Positions 49,998 through 57,492 of a stretch of DNA of 57,492 bases are shown here, piece after piece. The stretch is from a virus. The notes beneath the pieces were generated by a model. It made no database searches. It was not told where the DNA came from and saw only the letters and a program-made list of their open reading frames with translations. Position 1 is the stretch's first letter, and every line of letters starts with the position of its first letter. Position numbers and translations under genes: made by a program. The stretch covers positions 1 to 57,492 of the IMG/VR virus record IMGVR_UViG_3300045988_172985, one strand, 5' to 3'.

Positions 49998-51641
49998 CTA
50001 TTCTCCTCCTATCCAAAAGACACCTGTTCCTTCTATATAGTCAGGGCTTGTATAATCTTCAATTCTTGAATGCTGACCTATATGTAAATAGGTATTAACT
50101 CTTATGTTTTTTGCTATTACACCATCTTTATTAACAGTAAGTAAAGCATCTTCTATACCACCAGTGGCATCATATATAATCATACCATTAGCATTGATAT
50201 TTGTTTTTGTATCGGCATCTGTTTGCTCAATAGTTAAACCATCTTTGTCTAAAGTTCCCGCTGTTGTTTTAACAGAAGATACAACAGTCCCATCTGGTGA
50301 AGTACCACTTATGATTTCATTTATTTCTGTTTTTGTATATGTATCGGTAGTTGTATTTTTAACAAGAGTTTCGAGTGATGATAAGCCATCATCTAACGCT
50401 TTCGTTTTACTTACAACCTCTATTATAGTACCTTGTTGTTTATCTAATTCTATATAAACATTTTGCAAATCCTTATATAGTTTTTTATTATAACCTTTTG
50501 TATTCTCAGTTTTCGTATCTATTACACTTGATATAACACTTCTAATATGACCGGTATATTTAATTTCGTTATTAAGTGGTAATGTATATTTTTTATTACC
50601 ACTTGTATCTTCAACACAAATAAGTTTGTAACCCTTAACCCAAGGGTGTCCAATAGTCTCCACATTTAAAGGTGTAAATTCTATTCCAAATAAGATATTG
50701 GAGCCTTCTATTGCTTGTGATCTAAGACTTGTATTGTAAGTGATTGGGTTATCAAAAACATCAATTTCAGTTTCACCATGTTGTTGAATTGAACTAGTAT
50801 CAGTGTTTTCAACTCTTTCACCATCTACAGTCGATAAACCAACAGACACTTTATTAACTGGACCGTAATTTGTTTTCTGAAGTGTTAATGTGAAATATTC
50901 ATTACTATCTATAGTATCGATATTAGTAACGACAGTAGTATCTTTTTCAATAGCAGGGATATAACATTTATCATCCCAATCTATACAAACCCAAGAGTAA
51001 GCAAGTTGTGCAATTGCTTTCATAACATCTCTACAGCTATCTCCTGATACAAACTGATTACTACTGATTAAGAAATCGTCATTTACAAAAGATGTTGTTC
51101 CAAATGTTACACCAACTTGTTCACATACATACTTAGCAAGATTTATGGCTGTTATACCAACATTAGTTTCGCATAGAGTGGCAAAAGAAGTTGGGAAATT
51201 TGTACTAACATAATTATAATTAAAATCAGCATTAAATAAAATTGTTTTATCTAGGGATTCAAACTTTGTGTTATCCGATACATCATTGTTTTCCGGTTTC
51301 GTAACATAGAATGTTCCAAGCGAATACCAATTTTCTGTAGGATTTTCACCTAGTGATACAATGGCTAGTCTAAGTTCTAACTCTCTATCCTCAATGTTAA
51401 AGTCCTCACTTATATCCTGTAAATTACCTGTAAGGGTTCTAGCAACAAATTGTCCTATGAACCCTTGGTCAGGTACTAATCTGTCATCATCATAAGTCCA
51501 ATCTTTTACTGAATTGTCCTCCGTCAAAACTATTTCCTCTTCTGATTCATTTCTTGGTTTTACAATTATTTTTGTTTTAATAGCACATGTATTGTTTTTT
51601 AAAAGTAATTTATCACTATCTAATATTTCTGTATAAATCAT
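49998..51641 (-). CDS. tail-associated (Tal-like) baseplate protein (547 aa)
   Basis: Position two genes after the tape measure; size. Confidence 0.5.
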   Translation of the reverse strand: MIYTEILDSDKLLLKNNTCAIKTKIIVKPRNESEEEIVLTEDNSVKDWTYDDDRLVPDQGFIGQFVARTLTGNLQDISEDFNIEDRELELRLAIVSLGENPTENWYSLGTFYVTKPENNDVSDNTKFESLDKTILFNADFNYNYVSTNFPTSFATLCETNVGITAINLAKYVCEQVGVTFGTTSFVNDDFLISSNQFVSGDSCRDVMKAIAQLAYSWVCIDWDDKCYIPAIEKDTTVVTNIDTIDSNEYFTLTLQKTNYGPVNKVSVGLSTVDGERVENTDTSSIQQHGETEIDVFDNPITYNTSLRSQAIEGSNILFGIEFTPLNVETIGHPWVKGYKLICVEDTSGNKKYTLPLNNEIKYTGHIRSVISSVIDTKTENTKGYNKKLYKDLQNVYIELDKQQGTIIEVVSKTKALDDGLSSLETLVKNTTTDTYTKTEINEIISGTSPDGTVVSSVKTTAGTLDKDGLTIEQTDADTKTNINANGMIIYDATGGIEDALLTVNKDGVIAKNIRVNTYLHIGQHSRIEDYTSPDYIEGTGVFWIGGE

Positions 51642-51652
51642 TTAACCACCAC

Positions 51653-52060
51653 CTAGTGTCCTATTAATTGGAAATCATCCATCACAACCATTCTTCTACC
51701 TTCATAATTAACATTTTTATATTGTAAATCGTTGTGGTAAAATGTATCGGTTATATATGAATTAGTGCTTTCGTCCCATACTTCTACTGATAGATACATT
51801 CCAACACCTGATTGATCACCAAGAAGTGCATTCCAATATGTTCTAAATTGACTAGGTGTCATAGGTGGAAACCCCATCCATATTTTCGCTCTAGTGTGTG
51901 GAAGAACTTTTATATTAAGTCTTCCACTTGCTAGAACACCAGCATCTGTTACCTGAACAAGTTTAGGGGCAAACTTGAAAACTTCTCTTTTAATTGACGG
52001 ACTTTGAAATGTACATCCATTTATCTTTACGTAATAACCTTTAAAATTATCTTGTTCCAT
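51653..52060 (-). CDS. distal tail protein candidate (135 aa, short)
   Basis: Lies immediately downstream of the tape measure gene. Confidence 0.35.
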   Translation of the reverse strand: MEQDNFKGYYVKINGCTFQSPSIKREVFKFAPKLVQVTDAGVLASGRLNIKVLPHTRAKIWMGFPPMTPSQFRTYWNALLGDQSGVGMYLSVEVWDESTNSYITDTFYHNDLQYKNVNYEGRRMVVMDDFQLIGH

Positions 52061-52070
52061 ATTCTACCTC

Positions 52071-55000
52071 CTAAACATTAATTGTTCCATACTTATTATT
52101 TTGAAGTTTATTATATGATTGTTGACCTTTATATAAAGTCTCATTTCCAACATTAACTACATTTGTAAAGTTAAAGTCTGCTTCTTGAATAGCCTCTTTA
52201 ACACCTTGTTTAATACCTTGTACAATCTGCATATTGTTTGCAACAGCTGTTTGAGAACCAATACTACCAACCATTTCTGGTATTCCGTTTTCTCTAGCAT
52301 AGAAGTATTGCCCTTTTTCTGGGTAACCACCTGTTGCGTAACCTGCTACAATCTGATAAGACGCTTGTGTCTGACCATTAGATTGTAATTTTATTCTAGG
52401 GTAAGCTTTATTTCTAAGAGCATATATTACGCCATTTGCAAATGAGTTTCCAAAGGAATAACCAATATTCCATGCAACACCTGTTGAGAGTGTATTTTGA
52501 AAGAATGATTTTATGTTTCCTGCTGAGTTTTTCAACGCATTTCCAAAATCAGTCACTGTGTTAACAAGTTTATTATCTTTTATTGTTTTATATTGTGTAA
52601 CTAATTTTTTAATCGATTCTGTAACAGTATTAATAGTATCTATATTTATACCAGCAACACTAGTATAATAATTTTTAAAGTATCCACCAAATGTTTTTAA
52701 TTTAGCACCAAATTTGTCAATAGAATTATCACCAGTAAATAAAGCAACTAAACCGCCGCTGTTTGGTATCTCTTTTGCGAATGCACTTAGTGATTTAGCA
52801 GCATCAGCAGATTTTGTAACAACATCGCTGTTTATATCTTTAACATTATTATAGTATTGTGAGAAGTGTTTACCAAAAGTAGGTAATTGCTTTCCAAAAG
52901 CATCTAATGTATTATCACCAGCTATCCAACTCCATAAGCCACCTTGATTTGGTATTTGTTTAGCAAATTCTGTAACAGCTTTAGCAGCATTTGCTGATTT
53001 TTCTACTACACTTGGGTCTAATCCTGTAACTGCATCTCCGTATTCTTTCAAATACTTACCGAAAGTAGGTAATTGCTTTCCGAATGATTCAATATTTTTA
53101 GAACCAATACCTAAGAATCTAGATATACCATCAATCAAACTTGATACAGTTAATTCTAAAATTACATCCGCCATAGATTTAGCAGCATTAGCACTACTTT
53201 CATCTATGTTTTTTAACCCATCAAAGAACCCTTGAGCATTTGTCATAAAATTACTTAAACTAGTACCCACGCTTTCTAAACCTTCAAAAGATTTTTCTAC
53301 AAATCCTTTTACTATGCTACCAGCAAAACCACCAAGAGTTTCACCAAGCGTTGATAGTACCTTACCACCTTCACCAATAATCCAATTAAAGCCTGGTATT
53401 TGATTTAATCCACCTAAAACAACCAATAAACCTATTAATCCTTCAATAATTGTTTTGAATCCAACTATTCCAGATAATGCTACAACAGGTGTTGCAAAAC
53501 CTAGTGCAATAATATATGCTGAGAACACACCAAGTGGTATAGCAATTGACTCTAACCCTGTAAATAGTGCTATTAAAGTACCTATACCAGTAGCTACAAA
53601 TTCTTGTAATACATCAATACTCATTAATGCACCAATTACACCCATTAAAGCTACTGTACCCGCAACTATTGTTGCAAATCCGGCTAGTCCAAGTGCAACG
53701 GTTGCTATACCAACAGCACCTAAACCAACCATACCAGCACTAAATACTAGTAATGGTATTGTTACTTTTCCAAGTCCACTAAATACATTAACAACAGTAT
53801 CCAAACCCGTTGCAACTATTTCCTTTAAACCTGGTATTCGCATGAATGCACCTATGACACCCATCAATGCTGTTACACCACCAATGATTATTGCTAAGTC
53901 GGCTAATCCTTTTAAAACTGTAGAAGCTTTAGGTACTTGTATATCCGCTTTCCCACCGGCTTTCTCGGAACCTTCTAAAGTTTTAGATACCTCTGGTAGA
54001 CTAAACATTTTTTTAATAGATGCTGTTAGTGTTTTAACGACACTAGAACTAAATATTTTAATAATTGTTCCACTTATTAGAGTACCAACACCAAGTAATG
54101 CAGCCACTGTTGTTGATTTAAATTCTTTTCCAAATAATACACCAGCGATGGTTTGTCCAAGCCCTGCTAGAGCAGATTTTAAAGTTTCACCAATTTCTTT
54201 AAATATTGTTTTCCAATCCATACCAACAATTGCATTGTGTATTTTTATACTTAGTTCTTTAAAGTCAATAGATTGTACTATATTTTTTATAGACCTTATG
54301 AATCCAAGTAATATTTGTTCTAAAGATTTACTAAGTGTTTTCGTATCTATATTTGATAGTGTATCTTGAATGCCGGTTATAAGGTTAACCCATATATTAC
54401 CAAAGTTTGTAATCAGTACTTCAAAATTTATACTATTCAATGCCTCATTAATTTTAGTACCAAATAATGAGAAATCTACTTTTTCTAACAAGGTATTTAT
54501 GAAATTTGGTAGAATGGATAACGATATCATAATTGTTTTCGCTAAATTACTAGCATTAAGGTTCGTTAATAAACCATTGATAACATCTGCAATATTTGTC
54601 GCTAATTTCTTGGTAGTACTTAGTATTACATCCGAACTAGCAACAATTCTAACTGTAAATTCATTTATTAAATTAGCTATCTCTCTACCAACACCATTCC
54701 ATTTTCCAGTATCAAATGCTTCGTTAAACGCATCTTTAATTCTAATAACAGCGTCTACTAGCCATTGTATAGGTGTTAAGTCTATTTTATCCATGTCTAT
54801 TAATTCTGGTCCTTCGCCGGCAGATTTTGGAAATTCAACAACATTCAAGTCATCGAATTTTTGAAGATTACCTAAAGCATCTTTTGCTGATTTACTCCAA
54901 GTTGCCATTGCTTTTGCATTTGCTCTTGCTATTAAATCAATACCCGTGATAGCATATACAAATGAATAAATAACTCTTACAAATTGTTTAAACAATTCCA

Positions 55001-56069
55001 TAGCATATTCAATAGCCGGAGCAAGCTGGGCACCAAGTGCTCTCCAAACATTTGTACTAAACTTTGATAATTCACCATCTAATGCCAAATATTCACTAAC
55101 AGCTTTTCTAGTTAATGTAAATATAGTACGAGTACCAATTAATGCTAATGTTAATTGTTTAGCTTTACTAGCCGCTTTTTTAAACGAACGAACAGTATGA
55201 CCACCTATTGATGTTAAAGCACTTTTACCCAAATGTAAAACACCTTTATTTACACCAATTAACATCTTTTGAAACCTATTTAAAATAGGTGATGTATTTT
55301 TTGTATACTCTCTTATTTTGGTAATACCTATTCCATATTTATTAGCCATTTCAGAAAGTTTACTAGCACCGTCAGCAACATCTCTAAATTTATTTGCAAC
55401 AGGTGTTAAAGCATCTGATAATTGATTACTAACTCTAGTTATATTTTCCAAGGTAGACGCATCAAACTTACTCATAGCATCTGGTAATCTTTCTAAATTG
55501 GTTATAGCATTACCAAATCCTTTTCCGATACTAATGCCTTGTAAGGCTTTCAATGGTTCCACCATTTCAGGTATTGTTTTTAATTTTTCTGATATCGTAT
55601 CTAGTTTTGGAGCAACTGCAACTAAACCTTCTAAATTTTTTGCAAGTGTACCAACGCTTGTTGCTTTTGGGATTGTACTCAAAGATGACAAATTGGTTGC
55701 AACATCAGGTAGAACTTCTAGTTTTTTATCAAAATCCCCAAGTCCATCCGTTGTTTTTTTTAGTTCCCCCAGACCTTTAACAATTCCTTTGAATCCTGTT
55801 GGAGTTGGTATATTACTTAATTCTTGTAAAGTTGTAGTTACTTCTTCAAGTTTAGATATATTTGTTGCAATTTCACCCATGTCTTTACTAGATGATGCTA
55901 AATCTTTTAAGGATATTGATAATTTATTTAAACCGTTAAAACCACCTTTTATTGCATTTTTTAAAGCACTAAGTGATACAGCCAATTTATCTATATCTTT
56001 ACTAGCTTGCTCAGATGATGAATGTATTTCTATCGAGACTTTATCTAAAGTGACTCCTTGAGTCGCCAT
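52071..56069 (-). CDS. tape measure protein (1332 aa)
   Basis: Length, Ala/Gly/Ile-rich hydrophobic central segments, helical repeats, and position after the chaperone pair. Confidence 0.85.
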   Translation of the reverse strand: MATQGVTLDKVSIEIHSSSEQASKDIDKLAVSLSALKNAIKGGFNGLNKLSISLKDLASSSKDMGEIATNISKLEEVTTTLQELSNIPTPTGFKGIVKGLGELKKTTDGLGDFDKKLEVLPDVATNLSSLSTIPKATSVGTLAKNLEGLVAVAPKLDTISEKLKTIPEMVEPLKALQGISIGKGFGNAITNLERLPDAMSKFDASTLENITRVSNQLSDALTPVANKFRDVADGASKLSEMANKYGIGITKIREYTKNTSPILNRFQKMLIGVNKGVLHLGKSALTSIGGHTVRSFKKAASKAKQLTLALIGTRTIFTLTRKAVSEYLALDGELSKFSTNVWRALGAQLAPAIEYAMELFKQFVRVIYSFVYAITGIDLIARANAKAMATWSKSAKDALGNLQKFDDLNVVEFPKSAGEGPELIDMDKIDLTPIQWLVDAVIRIKDAFNEAFDTGKWNGVGREIANLINEFTVRIVASSDVILSTTKKLATNIADVINGLLTNLNASNLAKTIMISLSILPNFINTLLEKVDFSLFGTKINEALNSINFEVLITNFGNIWVNLITGIQDTLSNIDTKTLSKSLEQILLGFIRSIKNIVQSIDFKELSIKIHNAIVGMDWKTIFKEIGETLKSALAGLGQTIAGVLFGKEFKSTTVAALLGVGTLISGTIIKIFSSSVVKTLTASIKKMFSLPEVSKTLEGSEKAGGKADIQVPKASTVLKGLADLAIIIGGVTALMGVIGAFMRIPGLKEIVATGLDTVVNVFSGLGKVTIPLLVFSAGMVGLGAVGIATVALGLAGFATIVAGTVALMGVIGALMSIDVLQEFVATGIGTLIALFTGLESIAIPLGVFSAYIIALGFATPVVALSGIVGFKTIIEGLIGLLVVLGGLNQIPGFNWIIGEGGKVLSTLGETLGGFAGSIVKGFVEKSFEGLESVGTSLSNFMTNAQGFFDGLKNIDESSANAAKSMADVILELTVSSLIDGISRFLGIGSKNIESFGKQLPTFGKYLKEYGDAVTGLDPSVVEKSANAAKAVTEFAKQIPNQGGLWSWIAGDNTLDAFGKQLPTFGKHFSQYYNNVKDINSDVVTKSADAAKSLSAFAKEIPNSGGLVALFTGDNSIDKFGAKLKTFGGYFKNYYTSVAGINIDTINTVTESIKKLVTQYKTIKDNKLVNTVTDFGNALKNSAGNIKSFFQNTLSTGVAWNIGYSFGNSFANGVIYALRNKAYPRIKLQSNGQTQASYQIVAGYATGGYPEKGQYFYARENGIPEMVGSIGSQTAVANNMQIVQGIKQGVKEAIQEADFNFTNVVNVGNETLYKGQQSYNKLQNNKYGTINV

Positions 56070-56127
56070 AATCTCACCACCTTTTATTCTTAACTAAAGA
56101 AATTATGTGCACCTTAATTCCTTTAAT

Positions 56128-56583
56128 TTATTTATTTTCAAACATTTTTTTCGTAGCCCTAAACCAATTATTAAATCGAATTTGTGCTTTTAGTTTTTCG
56201 TTTTCGATTCTTTGTTGTTCCTCTATTTCTTTTTCTTCTTCACTCTTCATATCTTCCGCTAATTTTTCATAAAGGAATGGTTGTTCCGCATACGGTAGAG
56301 GCTTTGTACCTTTTTTAGAAAAAGGATGTAGTATAGGTGCCAATTTACCAATAGCATCGTATACATACATCCCCATTAGCCAGTTATTTTCGTCACGCTC
56401 TTTTAATTTTAATTTATGAGCTTTTCTGTAAAAAACTACCTCATATGCATCTCCATACCAGAAATCATGATAACTCATACCATAATTCATATATATTGGA
56501 CACATTTCCTCAAAAGTTTCGGTTAGAGAAGTATGCTCTACTTTTGATTTGTCTTCTTTGGAGACAAGTTCACTACTTCCCAT
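56128..56583 (-). CDS. tail assembly chaperone, frameshift-extension (T-like) part
   Basis: Overlaps the 3' end of 56538..56894 by 46 nt in the -1 frame, the classic G/GT arrangement upstream of a tape measure gene. Confidence 0.55.
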   Translation of the reverse strand: MGSSELVSKEDKSKVEHTSLTETFEEMCPIYMNYGMSYHDFWYGDAYEVVFYRKAHKLKLKERDENNWLMGMYVYDAIGKLAPILHPFSKKGTKPLPYAEQPFLYEKLAEDMKSEEEKEIEEQQRIENEKLKAQIRFNNWFRATKKMFENK

Positions 56584-56894
56584 TCTGCGTTTCCCTCGTC
56601 GCCTTCCGGTTCTTCGAAGAACGCTTCATAAGTTTCTTGTATCATAGTGACAAGTGCTGTTACCAGCTTGTCTTTATCCTTACATTGACTATAAATTTCC
56701 TCGGTCAATTCAGGTTTTATTTTTCTATGATTTTTAATAAATGCTCCTTGGAAAGCCATTTCAATATTTGAAAGAGGCTTTTCCAAAAACTCATTTACAG
56801 AAAATCCATTTTGTTCTAATAATTTGATAGACATTCTATCATATTCTAAGGTGTATGGAACACCTTTGTATGTTAAATTAATTTTAGTATTCAT
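56538..56894 (-). CDS. tail assembly chaperone (G-like, 118 aa)
   Basis: Position between the tail tube and tape measure genes; acidic C-terminus. Confidence 0.6.
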   Translation of the reverse strand: MNTKINLTYKGVPYTLEYDRMSIKLLEQNGFSVNEFLEKPLSNIEMAFQGAFIKNHRKIKPELTEEIYSQCKDKDKLVTALVTMIQETYEAFFEEPEGDEGNAEWEVVNLSPKKTNQK

Positions 56895-56910
56895 CTTTTA
56901 TTGTCCTTTC

Positions 56911-57381
56911 TTATTCTGGTTTAGCAGCTTTTTGTGGAGCACCAACCGGAGTTATGTAGTTAGTTATTTCTAGTACAGAATTTACTGAAGTTTCAGGTAA
57001 TCCCATTGCACTAGGGTTTCCTGGGAAATAGAACGCATCAGTAAGCCCAGGTACAACAATAGCAAACCAAGTTTTCTTTCCATCTGCTTTAGCTGTTTCA
57101 TACGCAGTCATTAAAGCATCCCATTTAGTAACTAAATCTTGAGTTAGGTTAAATGTGAACTCTAAAGCACCACCTAAATCTTTAAGACCATCTACATAAG
57201 TTTTGTACTCAAGCTCATCTAAAGTTGTAGTCTCTAGTGTATCTGGAGCAGGGTTCAAACTTGGTGTAGATTTAATTCCGTAAATTCTAGTATAACCAGT
57301 TGTTGGTCTAGTACCAGCAGTTGTTTCAACACAATAGTGTAATTGTACACCAATTGTTGATAAATCTATTCTTGTATTCAT
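56911..57381 (-). CDS. major tail (tube) protein (156 aa)
   Basis: Start trimmed to the ATG at 57381, behind AGGAGG. Size and position upstream of the chaperones. Confidence 0.6.
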   Translation of the reverse strand: MNTRIDLSTIGVQLHYCVETTAGTRPTTGYTRIYGIKSTPSLNPAPDTLETTTLDELEYKTYVDGLKDLGGALEFTFNLTQDLVTKWDALMTAYETAKADGKKTWFAIVVPGLTDAFYFPGNPSAMGLPETSVNSVLEITNYITPVGAPQKAAKPE

Positions 57382-57382
57382 T

Positions 57383-57492
57383 TTAATACCTCCTATATAT
57401 AGTATTTGTATCTCTCTCCAAGCAACAATCATATCTAAGATAACCAACCATTACATTATCATCAGATTGTTTAGGTACTGTTACAGGAGAGC
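57383..57492 (-). CDS. 3' part of the junction-spanning neck/tail-completion gene (same gene as 1..377)
   Basis: Same reading frame as 1..377 through the 55-bp duplication; TAA at 57383-57385. Confidence 0.5.
   Translation of the reverse strand, partial: SPVTVPKQSDDNVMVGYLRYDCCLERDTNTIYRRY

Noticed and set aside
53455-56061. Long plus-strand ORFs (304, 164 and 187 aa) antisense to the tape measure gene
   Set aside because: They lie entirely inside the 1332-aa minus-strand tape measure ORF and have no RBS. Their low-complexity Pro/Ser/Ile composition is typical of the mirror frame of an Ala/Gly/Leu-rich gene. The same reasoning applies to other antisense track ORFs, for example 4318..4905, 37291..37812 and 28034..28390.
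1-57492. A lysogeny module (integrase, excisionase, CI-like repressor with attP)
   Set aside because: I looked for tyrosine- or serine-recombinase-sized ORFs and motifs on both strands and found none. Several XRE-type HTH proteins exist but no recombinase. The phage is therefore treated as virulent or non-integrating, with the caveat that this rests on reading the sequence by eye.

Overview
The first 55 bp are identical to the last 55 bp, so this window is a complete, circularly closed phage genome of about 57.4 kb. It is AT-rich and looks like a siphovirus-type dsDNA phage of a low-GC Gram-positive (Bacillota/Clostridia-like) host. I found no integrase or other recombinase. Layout: (i) One minus-strand late operon runs from a promoter at 8064-8092, through base 1 and the junction, down to 45837. 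It encodes terminase large subunit, portal, scaffold, a lambda D-like decoration protein, a lambda E-like major capsid, connectors, tail tube, G/GT chaperones, a 1332-aa tape measure, and tail-tip and fibre proteins. (ii) A separately promoted lysis cassette (holin, M15 endolysin) lies at 43772-45111. (iii) About 25 small minus-strand early genes lie at 9091-15509 and include MazG and a phosphoesterase. (iv) A long plus-strand early/replication arm spans 19314-39738. It carries small acidic proteins, a DExH helicase, a VirE-like ATPase, Prim-Pol, two methyltransferases, a split family-B polymerase, ERF, a YqaJ exonuclease and an SSB-like protein. (v) An odd plus-strand cluster of low-complexity, Cys-rich and C1q-like proteins lies at 39843-42921. 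The most unusual content is noncoding. At least four units are bounded by a near-consensus promoter and an intrinsic terminator and have no plausible ORF. They are an ~830-nt highly structured RNA co-transcribed with tRNA-Cys (8094-9087), a ~630-nt RNA built from three tandem covarying modules between the tail and lysis genes (45179-45845), and two smaller sRNA-like units (10055-10256 and 15565-15879). All protein assignments come from motifs read by eye, not from database searches.
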